From: an uncultured virus (IMG/VR IMGVR_UViG_3300030419_007499)
Taxonomy: Duplodnaviria > Heunggongvirae > Uroviricota > Caudoviricetes
DNA: 64,000 nucleotides
Reading direction: 5' to 3' (one strand)
IMG/VR virus record: IMGVR_UViG_3300030419_007499
Coordinates: 1 to 64,000 of that record
Each line of letters starts with the position of its first letter. Within the stretch, counting starts at the first letter, position 1. A program made the translations under genes and the position numbers. Below are positions 1-9,802 of the stretch, one piece after another. Under the pieces are notes generated by a model that saw only the letters and a list, made by a program, of their open reading frames with translations, did not search any database and was not told where the DNA came from.

Positions 1-3000
1 AGTGGCGATGCGAGTATAACAGGGCAACTATCTGTTGAATCATTACATGTTCATGATAGCAATGGCAATGCAGCAAATAGATTTAAAATTGAATATAATG
101 GAACTAATGGAAACGCAACAGTTGGACCTGATAGTGGCGGAGGCAACACTAATCTTCTTTTAGGCACTTCTAATGGTGGAAGCTATAGTACTAAAGTTGC
201 TATAAAAAATGACGGAAATGTTGGTATAGGAACAGACACTCCGCTATCACTGTTTAATGTTTTTGGTGGAGCAGGCCATTTTAATGTTGCAGGCGCTTCA
301 ACCACTGGGCATCATTTAATAGTTAGTGATGGAGATCCTACTGATTGGAGGCCATACGCAGGAAGCACTACTGCATCTGTACAAATTCAATCTTCTTCTT
401 CAAGAGGAATGTTGTTTGCCGCTAAAGATCAGGGAAATCAAGACCTTATTTTCACCAACGGACTTAATATCAGTGTTGGTGCAACTGTTGGTACAAATAG
501 GGGAACTGATATTATAAGTATTACCGAAGGTGGTGATGTTGGTATAACAGGAGAGTTGAAAATAGATGATAATGTTGGAATTGGAACAAGCACGCCAGAG
601 TCTTACAGTAATTATAAAGCTCTTACTATTTCTGACTCAGTGGGAGGACAAATTTACTTTAAGTCAACGTCTAGTTCTGTAACCGCTTATGCAGGTGCGG
701 ACAGTAACGGAGCTTATTTAGCTGCCAAGACTAACCACCCTTTAAGATTAAGAACTAATAACGGGGACAAGTTGGTCATAGCAGCGGGTGGCAATGTTGG
801 AATAGGAACAACAAGTCCAGATACACAATTAGACCTAAGTCAAAGCGTAGATGCCCCATTAGCAATAAACATCCACAATCAATCTACCAATGCTGCGGCA
901 GACTCGGCAATATCATTTGAAACGCAAGGACAAATTGATTTTTCAATAGGTCTTGATCGTTCTCTTTCTGCATTTACTATGTGCAGAAGCGCTACATTGG
1001 GAAGTAATGAAATAATTAGAATAGAGCCAGCTGGAACTATATCTGCTACTACAATGCTAATAGACGCAGATCAAGGAGATGTAAAGATCGCTGGCGATTT
1101 ACAAGTTTCTGGTGATCTTTCTGCTGTTACTTCGGGTATTGTTGCTGATGAAGGTGGATATGTTTCTGGAAGTAGTGGTTTCTTTGGAAAAGTTGGAATT
1201 GGTTATACTGAAAATGTTTCTGATGATATTGGATATGATGCTAGATTAAGAGTCGGCCAAAATCCAACCAACGGATGGGCAATTATTGCTGGATCTGATA
1301 ATGTTGGCGCAGCACCGCAATTAACAAACTCTTTAACGAAAGTTGTTAGAATTGGCATGCCTCATTATACTAATGCAGAAGAACCATTTACTTTATTAAC
1401 AGCAACAAGTGACTCTTCTAAAAATGATCTTCATCTTGGCGGTGGAACTTCGTACGGAAATGCTGCAGAAAATATATATCTTAGAACCGCTCCGCTGCAT
1501 GATTCCGTTAAGGGAATTACCGCTCTATATATTAACAAAGAAGGACAAGTATTAGCTGGTGCTGACGCTGGTCTTACTACTGCCGCGGGACTTGGTGCAA
1601 CGTTTACTGTTTCTGGTGATGCCAGTATAACAGGAGAAACAAGAATAGCTGGAAACGTTGGTATTGGCGTGGCGCCAAGTAATAAGCTGCACGTTGAGGG
1701 CTCCGCATCTAGTGCATATATGGCATATATCAAGAATACTCATGCATCTGCAGGATATGGTTTGCTAATTGACGCTGGAGACGATAATAATGTAAGTGCG
1801 CTTGCAGTGCGAGATAAAGACGGAACCGCGAGGATGGTTGTCAGGGGTGGCGGAAATGTTGGAATAGGAACAGGAAGTCCTGGTGTAAAGCTACATCTCT
1901 ATGGCGCTGGCTCTCCTCAATTTAGAATACAAGACTCAACAAACAATTGTATTCTAAAAGCTTACGCTCAAGATTCGGACGCTTTTCTTGGTACACATAG
2001 TAATCATAATTTAAACATAGGAACAAATAATGCCACAAATATTACTGTAGAAGCTGGTGGTAATGTCGGTATAGGAACAAGCGCTCCAGATCGTTACCTT
2101 CATGTTCACAGTGGCAGTGCTGGTTCGGTTACCGCACTTAGTAATTCGACCGCCGTTCTTGAAAGCAGTTCGCATGCTGCATTAGAGTTTCTTTCTCCTA
2201 ATGCTAAAAATTCAATTATTTATATGAGAGAAGTGGGTGGGGCATATGGTTATATAAACTATGTTCACTCAACTCCTGCAATGAATTTTAGTGTTGGTGG
2301 CGGCGCTAACATGATTACTTTAGACGCAGCTGGCCATGTTGGAATTGGAGAAGAGACTCCCGAGGCAACGCTTCAAGTTGATGGTGATGCTAGTATAACA
2401 GGAGAGTTAAAAACAAAAGAAATTGTTGTAAAAGATACTGTCCCTGTTATCAAGCTGGAATCTTCTAATAGTCAGAGCCGAATAGATTTCAAAGATGGAA
2501 CTAATACTCAAGCAACTATCGGATTAAACGACACTCATGGTGATTCGTTTAATATAGCACTTAGCTCCAGTTCAGCTTCCCTTACAAATGACGTTAAATT
2601 GATAGTAAAGCAAGATGGCAAAGTTGGTATCGGAACAACTGGTCCAGGCTCGTTATTAAACGTCAGCGGCTCAAATCCCACTGTACGAATAAACTGTAAT
2701 GGCGCTGAACTTGGTGACGGTAATGACACTGCGATGTATAGCTTCGGAATAGACAGCAATTTTGACTTTGCTGGAATAAAGTTTGATTATACTGACAGGG
2801 TCGCTAGTGGCTTAGCTCTATTTACTTCCCCTGCGTACGGTTACCCGATCAGTATTACTCCTAGCACCGACAAAGATATATTTTTAAATGTAACCGACGG
2901 TGGTCATGTTGGTGTAGCAACAGCAAGTCCAGAAGCAAAACTTCATGTTAATGGTGACGCCAGTATAACAGGAGAATTAAGAGTAAACGGTGAAATAGTA

Positions 3001-6000
3001 GTTGCAGACCATTTAGTTCATAAAGGTGACACGGATACTTATCTGGACTTTACTGTAGATAGGTTTAGATTTTTTGCGGGTGGTGTTCAATTGATTGACG
3101 CCCGAGAAGCTAGTACAGATTATGTTAAGATTGGTGATGGTGGTGAGGATGTAAACTTTGTCGTTACTAGTGCCTCAGCAGGAATAGATTATACTCTTGA
3201 GGTAGACGCAGGAAGTTCCACCGTGGGAATCAACTGTGATCCTTTAGATGCTAAAGGTGCTGCGCTTGTTGTTAGTGGAGATGCCAGCATAACGGGCCAA
3301 TTAAAAGCACATTTAGGCATGGGCTTGAAAAATGCCTATTCTCTACACTGGGATAATGAAAACACTAGAATTATAGCGAACCACTCTGCCGATTATATGA
3401 ATTTTGATGTTGGCGGTTACAGTGAAATTCTACATATAGAAGGTGACGGCAGAAAAGTTGGTATTGGTGGTCCATGGAATACAAATCCTGAAGCAAATTT
3501 ACAAGTAAGCGGTGATGCTAGTATAACAGGAGAATTAAAAGTAGCGGGTGGGCCGTTAGGCGTGGTTATAGGATCAAGCGCTAGTACTCCATCTGATACC
3601 TCCAGGACTTTGATGATGTATAGGCAAAATGCTGACTATTACCCTGGCACAGACACTCACTTTGCAGCTTATGTAAAACAGAATACTTTCGGCACTTATG
3701 AAGGGGTCCATTTTAGGTCTCGTGGATATAGATTTGAAAGGCACGATGGCAGTCATTTTGCGTCTATAAACAGAGACGGCGAAATGTTGATCGGTGAGGG
3801 TATTGGCCAGGCTGGCTCGATGCTCACAGTTAGCGGTGATGCTAGTATAACAGGAGAATTAAAAGTTGATGGTAATTTAGTTCTCGTTACCTCTGACCAA
3901 TATTTAGACAATAACTATTTTGTGCATGGGAAAGAAACGGGAGGTACTAACCGACAGCTAATCGGCTTAAATTCTAGCGACAAGGTTAGTATAGACGGAG
4001 CAGGAATTGGTGCTATTTTTGGTGGCTCGGTTGATTGTACGCATTTAACTGTAGACAGTAATCTTAATCATGATGGTGATGCTGATACTTATATTGGTTT
4101 TACAGAGGACAGAATTCGATTAAATGCTGGCGGACTCGAACTGATTGACGCTCGAGAGGCTGGCACAAATTATGTTGCAATCGGAGGGCTAGATGCTAAT
4201 CAAGATGTAAACTTCTTGGTTGGTAGCGCGGTAAACGGCATAGACTACGTTCTTGAAGTGGACGCAGGAAGTTCCACCGTGGGAATCAACTGTGATCCTT
4301 TGGATGCTAAAGGCTCTGCTCTTGTTGTTTCTGGTGACGCTAGTGTAACAGGCGAATTAAATATAGTTGGGCCTCTTACTGCATCTGTAGCAAATGCATC
4401 TCAATTTTATGCTTTAAAAGTTACGCGCTCTAGCTCTACTTTTGTTAGCCCAGATATTTGGGATGGAAACAGTCATGGTGTTGTAGTTGGCGCAAACAGT
4501 AGTCAGCCGACTTTAGTGGTTCACCATGGGGACGAATCAGCTCATGGTGGCCAAGTTGGTATAGGGGATTTTAGGGCTTCTGGTCCAGAGGCAAAATTTG
4601 TTGTAAGTGGCGATGCTAGTATAACAGGAGATTTGAGCATAGGTTCTACGAAAACTATTAAGCACGGTGGCGACGCTGATACTTATATACAATTTGGTAG
4701 TGATTATTTTGCTTTTATTGCTGGTGCTTCTAATTTATTTTCAATAGATGAAGATAATAGTGAGGTTGTTGTCAATGAAGCGGGTGGAAATTTTAATTTC
4801 CGCGTTGAAAGTGATAACGAGGATCATTCATTATATGTCAGGGGTGCGGATGGATATGTTGGAATTGGCACGTCGAATCCAGATGGATCCATGCTTCGAG
4901 TTAATGGTGATGTTGGTATATCGGGACAATTAAGGGTTTACTCAACTAACAACGATGCCGTAAAATTTCAAGGCGACGACCACTGTCGGGTTCAGATTGA
5001 CGGAACGGACAACTCGGAAAAATCTTTAATCTTTAGTGAGGCAGGTACTTATAGGTGGTTAGTGGGCATGGATAATGTAAACCCTGCTGCCGCTTTAGAC
5101 TCTTTTGTCATTAAGCAGGCTGCTGATGGAGCGGAAAGCTTTGTAATAGACACTTCAAATAATGTTGGAATTAGCAATGGCAAACTATTAGTAGGAGAAG
5201 GGAACGGCGCAGAAGCTTTGCTCACTGTTTCTGGCGATGCTAGCATATCAGGAGAACTTAGAACAAAAACTCCTCTTAAAGTTGAAGCAGATACTCCAAC
5301 TTCAGATGCTCATTATTTTAAAATGTCGTATGATAATTCTGTGGGCATTCTTGATGCAAATAGAGGAAAGATGCGGCTACAATCAAATGATGGAGTTATT
5401 TATACAGATGGTGATTCGATTGGGATTGGAACAGCAACTCCAACGCATGAGCTTCATGTCTCTGGCAATACTACTATTGGCAACGCTGACACAGCAAACA
5501 CAACTATAAAAATCGGCCCAGCTTTAGGTACATCAAACAATTATTTCGGCGGAGGAACATTAAGCACAGATTATAGATCGCAAATAACAATTGGTGGACC
5601 TAACCATACGCCAGGAATTAGATTTCAAAATGATCGCTTGAGCAGTTCATATGAAATTTATGCTGATAGCACCGCGTTACATTTTCAATCAATGAATAGT
5701 AACAGGGATTTTGCTTTTAATGGTCATCAAGATTTAAGTAATTCAGTTTGGATAACGCAAGGAGAAGGTCAATTAGGGCTTGGAGTTAGAGAGCCAGAGG
5801 CCAGATTGCATGTTAGCGGCGACGCTAGTATAACAGGAGCGCTAGATGTTGGCGGTGCAACTACTATTGATGATAATCTCACAATAACAGCTAGTAACCA
5901 TTTGTTTGTTAGTCAATATATCAAGCATCTCGGAGACGATGATACATTCATTAATTTTACTTCTGATGAAGTACGAATAGACGCTGGCGGCATTGAGATG

Positions 6001-6546
6001 ATAACATGCAAAGAAGCTGGCACAGATGCTGTTGTTATAAACTCGGCTGGTGTAGACATGGATTTCCGAGTTGAATCCCAAGGCAATGAGAACATGTTTT
6101 ATGTGGATGGCGGAAGCAATCTTGTTGGCTTTGGTACTTCTAGTCCAAGCGCGTCATACACAGTCACAGTAAGTGGTGGACTTGCGGCAGATTATAAGAG
6201 CTTTATTATTAGCCATCCAGACCCCGCAAAACCAGACAAAGATCTTGCATACGGATCATCAGAAACAGACGAACATAATGTATTTGTTCGTGGCAGAGCG
6301 CAAAGCAAAATTATTGACTTGCCAGATTACTGGCCACACTTAATACATGAAGAAAGTATAACGGTTCAATTAACTCCAATAGGAGAACATCAAGAACTAT
6401 ACGTCGAATCAATAAAAGATAATAGAATTTTAATAAATAATAAAAAAGAAAACAAGATAAACTGTTTTTATCTAGTACATGCAGAAAGAAAAGACATTGG
6501 CAAATTAGAAGTAGAACCAGACAAAGGAGGAAAAAGTGCCCAGTAA
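1..6546 (+). CDS. Giant tail-fibre-like protein 1 (5'-partial; frame is open from base 1, >2180 aa)
   Basis: Frame 1 reads SGDASITGQL... from base 1 without stops into the 409..6546 ORF. Many GNVGIGTxxP and VSGDASITGEL repeats typical of beta-rich phage fibres; distinct C-terminal KSFIISHP...AERKD domain. Confidence 0.8.
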   Translation, partial: SGDASITGQLSVESLHVHDSNGNAANRFKIEYNGTNGNATVGPDSGGGNTNLLLGTSNGGSYSTKVAIKNDGNVGIGTDTPLSLFNVFGGAGHFNVAGASTTGHHLIVSDGDPTDWRPYAGSTTASVQIQSSSSRGMLFAAKDQGNQDLIFTNGLNISVGATVGTNRGTDIISITEGGDVGITGELKIDDNVGIGTSTPESYSNYKALTISDSVGGQIYFKSTSSSVTAYAGADSNGAYLAAKTNHPLRLRTNNGDKLVIAAGGNVGIGTTSPDTQLDLSQSVDAPLAINIHNQSTNAAADSAISFETQGQIDFSIGLDRSLSAFTMCRSATLGSNEIIRIEPAGTISATTMLIDADQGDVKIAGDLQVSGDLSAVTSGIVADEGGYVSGSSGFFGKVGIGYTENVSDDIGYDARLRVGQNPTNGWAIIAGSDNVGAAPQLTNSLTKVVRIGMPHYTNAEEPFTLLTATSDSSKNDLHLGGGTSYGNAAENIYLRTAPLHDSVKGITALYINKEGQVLAGADAGLTTAAGLGATFTVSGDASITGETRIAGNVGIGVAPSNKLHVEGSASSAYMAYIKNTHASAGYGLLIDAGDDNNVSALAVRDKDGTARMVVRGGGNVGIGTGSPGVKLHLYGAGSPQFRIQDSTNNCILKAYAQDSDAFLGTHSNHNLNIGTNNATNITVEAGGNVGIGTSAPDRYLHVHSGSAGSVTALSNSTAVLESSSHAALEFLSPNAKNSIIYMREVGGAYGYINYVHSTPAMNFSVGGGANMITLDAAGHVGIGEETPEATLQVDGDASITGELKTKEIVVKDTVPVIKLESSNSQSRIDFKDGTNTQATIGLNDTHGDSFNIALSSSSASLTNDVKLIVKQDGKVGIGTTGPGSLLNVSGSNPTVRINCNGAELGDGNDTAMYSFGIDSNFDFAGIKFDYTDRVASGLALFTSPAYGYPISITPSTDKDIFLNVTDGGHVGVATASPEAKLHVNGDASITGELRVNGEIVVADHLVHKGDTDTYLDFTVDRFRFFAGGVQLIDAREASTDYVKIGDGGEDVNFVVTSASAGIDYTLEVDAGSSTVGINCDPLDAKGAALVVSGDASITGQLKAHLGMGLKNAYSLHWDNENTRIIANHSADYMNFDVGGYSEILHIEGDGRKVGIGGPWNTNPEANLQVSGDASITGELKVAGGPLGVVIGSSASTPSDTSRTLMMYRQNADYYPGTDTHFAAYVKQNTFGTYEGVHFRSRGYRFERHDGSHFASINRDGEMLIGEGIGQAGSMLTVSGDASITGELKVDGNLVLVTSDQYLDNNYFVHGKETGGTNRQLIGLNSSDKVSIDGAGIGAIFGGSVDCTHLTVDSNLNHDGDADTYIGFTEDRIRLNAGGLELIDAREAGTNYVAIGGLDANQDVNFLVGSAVNGIDYVLEVDAGSSTVGINCDPLDAKGSALVVSGDASVTGELNIVGPLTASVANASQFYALKVTRSSSTFVSPDIWDGNSHGVVVGANSSQPTLVVHHGDESAHGGQVGIGDFRASGPEAKFVVSGDASITGDLSIGSTKTIKHGGDADTYIQFGSDYFAFIAGASNLFSIDEDNSEVVVNEAGGNFNFRVESDNEDHSLYVRGADGYVGIGTSNPDGSMLRVNGDVGISGQLRVYSTNNDAVKFQGDDHCRVQIDGTDNSEKSLIFSEAGTYRWLVGMDNVNPAAALDSFVIKQAADGAESFVIDTSNNVGISNGKLLVGEGNGAEALLTVSGDASISGELRTKTPLKVEADTPTSDAHYFKMSYDNSVGILDANRGKMRLQSNDGVIYTDGDSIGIGTATPTHELHVSGNTTIGNADTANTTIKIGPALGTSNNYFGGGTLSTDYRSQITIGGPNHTPGIRFQNDRLSSSYEIYADSTALHFQSMNSNRDFAFNGHQDLSNSVWITQGEGQLGLGVREPEARLHVSGDASITGALDVGGATTIDDNLTITASNHLFVSQYIKHLGDDDTFINFTSDEVRIDAGGIEMITCKEAGTDAVVINSAGVDMDFRVESQGNENMFYVDGGSNLVGFGTSSPSASYTVTVSGGLAADYKSFIISHPDPAKPDKDLAYGSSETDEHNVFVRGRAQSKIIDLPDYWPHLIHEESITVQLTPIGEHQELYVESIKDNRILINNKKENKINCFYLVHAERKDIGKLEVEPDKGGKSAQ

Positions 6547-7336
6547 TATAGTATATGGACCTCAAGTGGTTGTAGATAGTGATTTAGCTTTATGGTATGA
6601 TATGGCAAGTCCAAAATGTTGGAATGGAAATTCTAATATAACTACTGAAATATATAATTTAGCTCCACAACGTGATACTTATCCCAAAATGGGATGGGAT
6701 GCTACAAGTACTGACAGAACAGGATTTGGATTTTATATAAGTCCAAATGTTCCTCTTAGCGGAAATACTTTTCAGACAATTTATGGTGCCACAGTTGCTA
6801 ATAATAATAATTATGTTGGAAACTTTATGGAAGGAGCAGGAAACTTAAGTTTGACTGTTAATAATAACTTCACAACAATGGCCTGGCATGCCAGCACGTT
6901 TCCTAGGCAATCAACATTACTAGCATACAGAAGAGCAAGTACTACGCTGCGATTTAGCGTCGACAGTGACAGCATGGATTTTTATCAAAGGCATACTTCG
7001 AGTCCTTATGCTACACAGAATGTCACTGTTAGTCATAGTCAGCCAAATAACGTTTTTGCTCATTATGCATTAGTAAAAGCTGGACTTCCTAATGCTCAAC
7101 AGGCAGATTTCTCTTTTTATAAAAACGGAGAACATATGGGCACAAGCAGCCTGACTTTGTCTGAACAAATAGCTGCTGGAAACTATTATGACATTGGGCA
7201 AGATTGGTCTGATGACGATTATTATAGTAATAACTCAGAAGGATTTTATGGGCCAACAATGCATTACACCAGAGCATTATCCCATGCAGAAATTAGGCAA
7301 AATTTTAACGCATTAAGAAGTAGATTCGACGTATGA
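6536..7336 (+). CDS. LamG/concanavalin A-like lectin-domain virion protein
   Basis: N-terminal GPQVVVDSDLALWYD motif; C-terminal HYALV..FYKNGE..YTRALSHAEIRQNFNA, typical of a LamG-like fold. GTG start overlaps the upstream stop. Confidence 0.7.
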   Translation: MPSNIVYGPQVVVDSDLALWYDMASPKCWNGNSNITTEIYNLAPQRDTYPKMGWDATSTDRTGFGFYISPNVPLSGNTFQTIYGATVANNNNYVGNFMEGAGNLSLTVNNNFTTMAWHASTFPRQSTLLAYRRASTTLRFSVDSDSMDFYQRHTSSPYATQNVTVSHSQPNNVFAHYALVKAGLPNAQQADFSFYKNGEHMGTSSLTLSEQIAAGNYYDIGQDWSDDDYYSNNSEGFYGPTMHYTRALSHAEIRQNFNALRSRFDV

Positions 7337-7352
7337 AAAAGAAAGGAAAAAT

Positions 7353-9269
7353 ATGGGCGTAAGTGTCGGGCCAAAAATGCCAGTCATTAGATCTCTTGGG
7401 CCTACATCAGCAGGAACCCAAGACGGAACATTTAATGATTCCACAAATTGGGGTGTAACTCCTGGCAGTTTGGGAGATAGCGATAATTGGGCTATCAGTG
7501 GAGGAGTGGCCTCTATAGATGGATCGCAAGACAATACGCGATGGTTAATAATTCAACTAACACAAAACAAATATTATAAAATTAAGTTGGATATAGTCAG
7601 TTACAGCAAAGGAACATTAAGCCTTTCTTACGCTACTGGCAACACTACTTCAGGCACAGAAATGTATAAAAAGGGCTCTTATGTTTTTACTGGGCAGGTT
7701 ACGGGAAATTCAATTTGTTATATTAGAGCTGCGGGTGGGAGTGGCGCTTTTATAGGTAGTATAGATAATGTTGAAATAGAAGAAGTTGACGAAAATGGCA
7801 ACCCAATATCTCCCCTTATATTATCTTTAGATGCAGCAAATGCTAAAAGCTATGCTGGCGAGCCTACCGTAAACTTCGCAGGTTATTATCGTGAAGCATT
7901 GTCCAGCGTTGGAACAGAAACTGCTTCAAGTGGTAAAGTCAGATCAGGAAAAGTAAGAGACGGATACAATGCTACTACTGATTATACTCAGGGTACTGCA
8001 GTATGGGATAACAATCATCCAAAAGCAAGAGTAGCTTATGAAATCCGAGGTACTCCCACTGCAGTCGCATCTTATATAAACAGTGGAGTTGATTCTGGCG
8101 GTTGGGAAGACGAAGCTCATGCTATTTATGTTTTTGATGAAATTTTAAAAAAACCTGTTATACAAGTGGCGCCAATAGATAGCACTTATGGAACATCTGG
8201 CTTTGGCGGCTGGCGAGCAAAATCTTTTAACATAGGAAGCACATGGACTCAAATGGGCATAGATGCTGGAAGCACTTACACGATTTCCTGGTTACAATGG
8301 TCAAATTATGTTGGAGCATATTGGAGGATCGGGCTTTATGATACCGTAGAAGGCGGCAGTTCAAACGGCTTTCAAGATGGCTTATCCGATTCTTCGAATG
8401 GTCAAATAGTAGCAGGAGTATGGGAAAGAAAAAGCCACACAGTCAGCTCTGCTGCGGATTGGACGCAAACTTCTGCTCCAAATATATATTGTTATGGACA
8501 TTATACTCCAGCGGTATACTCGACAATGAGAATTACTGACATTCAGGTAGAGGTAAAAGGATATCGAACTCCAATGGTCGAAGGGGTCGCAGTAACAAAT
8601 ACTTATGAAGGTGCTAGGTCTGCAACTAATGGATGGAAAGATCTTTCTAGAAAAGGCAATCACGGAACACTAACAAACATGGTTGGTACGGGAGTTGCAC
8701 ATTATAAAAAAGGAAAAACAATACATTTAGAAGGCAATAACACTTCTGCGTATTTAGATTTTGATGGAAGTAACGATTATGTCGCTGTAAGTCATACTAG
8801 CGATTTTACTACTGCTAAAACATGGGTCTGTTGGTTTAAATTAGATTCTATTCCAGCTAGCGGTACTTATGATAGTATATTTCAATCTTCTGACAACTGG
8901 AATAGTGCTGGTGGAATATCCTTGCAGATGATTTATGGCAATTTTACGTGGAGTTGGGGAAGTAGCTGGAGCGGGTCTTGCTCGATTGCAAATAGTACAT
9001 TGTCAACTGGAGTTTGGTATCATTTTGTAGGAACCAGCGGAGGAGATACTGAGTCTGGTGCAATTAAAATGTATCTTAATGGTGAACTTAAAGACACTGG
9101 CACAGCGAATCAAATACCTGATGACACTCCGACTTATGTGACGATTGGAAGTGGTGATGGAGGAGGATTTGATGGAAAAATTGCGGTCTTTCAAGTTTAC
9201 ACTGAAGAGTTAACGCATAAACAAATTAAAGAGATGTATGAATCTCAAAAATCAAGATTTGGATTATAA
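7353..9269 (+). CDS. Multi-domain carbohydrate-binding/LamG virion protein
   Basis: LILSLDAAN motif, LDFDGSNDYV, WYHFVGT, MYLNGEL, IAVFQVYTEELT; upstream CBM-like segments. Confidence 0.7.
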   Translation: MGVSVGPKMPVIRSLGPTSAGTQDGTFNDSTNWGVTPGSLGDSDNWAISGGVASIDGSQDNTRWLIIQLTQNKYYKIKLDIVSYSKGTLSLSYATGNTTSGTEMYKKGSYVFTGQVTGNSICYIRAAGGSGAFIGSIDNVEIEEVDENGNPISPLILSLDAANAKSYAGEPTVNFAGYYREALSSVGTETASSGKVRSGKVRDGYNATTDYTQGTAVWDNNHPKARVAYEIRGTPTAVASYINSGVDSGGWEDEAHAIYVFDEILKKPVIQVAPIDSTYGTSGFGGWRAKSFNIGSTWTQMGIDAGSTYTISWLQWSNYVGAYWRIGLYDTVEGGSSNGFQDGLSDSSNGQIVAGVWERKSHTVSSAADWTQTSAPNIYCYGHYTPAVYSTMRITDIQVEVKGYRTPMVEGVAVTNTYEGARSATNGWKDLSRKGNHGTLTNMVGTGVAHYKKGKTIHLEGNNTSAYLDFDGSNDYVAVSHTSDFTTAKTWVCWFKLDSIPASGTYDSIFQSSDNWNSAGGISLQMIYGNFTWSWGSSWSGSCSIANSTLSTGVWYHFVGTSGGDTESGAIKMYLNGELKDTGTANQIPDDTPTYVTIGSGDGGGFDGKIAVFQVYTEELTHKQIKEMYESQKSRFGL

Positions 9270-9303
9270 TGGAAAAAAATAAAAAAATTTAAAAAATAAT
9301 AGT

Positions 9304-9801
9304 ATGAAAAATAGATTTCCAAACAGAAGATGGTGCATTATCAATAGCGGTGATGCCGCAAATGTAAACTTTAATCAAGTTATGGAAAATAGTGTCGAAA
9401 CATTAAGATATTCGGTTGATAAAAGCAAAACCTTTGTAAAATATAACGTATCGACGCATCCAATTCCAAGAGGAACCAATGATCAAGGCGATATAATCTA
9501 CGGAGATAATGTTGATAGTCAAGGCAGAACATATACTTTATACTACGAAACAATAGAACAAGTTGTTGACTTTTATTCTGATCAACCTGGTCAGGGACAT
9601 GTTGTAACTGGCAGCGGAATAGTGAACTTTCCAACAGAAAATGTTACTGGGTCGGGAATATTGTATGAATCTGGTGTTACTGTTGGTAGGCCTGACATTT
9701 TTTCAAGCGCATTAACTGTATCAGGAAAAACTGAGTTTAATCATCCAGAAATTTTAGGGATATTGGCGACAGAAGAATGGTCGTCAACAGGAATATTTTA
9801 A
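9304..9801 (+). CDS. Hypothetical phage protein within LamG cluster
   Basis: Intact 165-aa ORF tightly packed between LamG genes. Confidence 0.55.
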   Translation: MKNRFPNRRWCIINSGDAANVNFNQVMENSVETLRYSVDKSKTFVKYNVSTHPIPRGTNDQGDIIYGDNVDSQGRTYTLYYETIEQVVDFYSDQPGQGHVVTGSGIVNFPTENVTGSGILYESGVTVGRPDIFSSALTVSGKTEFNHPEILGILATEEWSSTGIF

Positions 9802-9802
9802 T

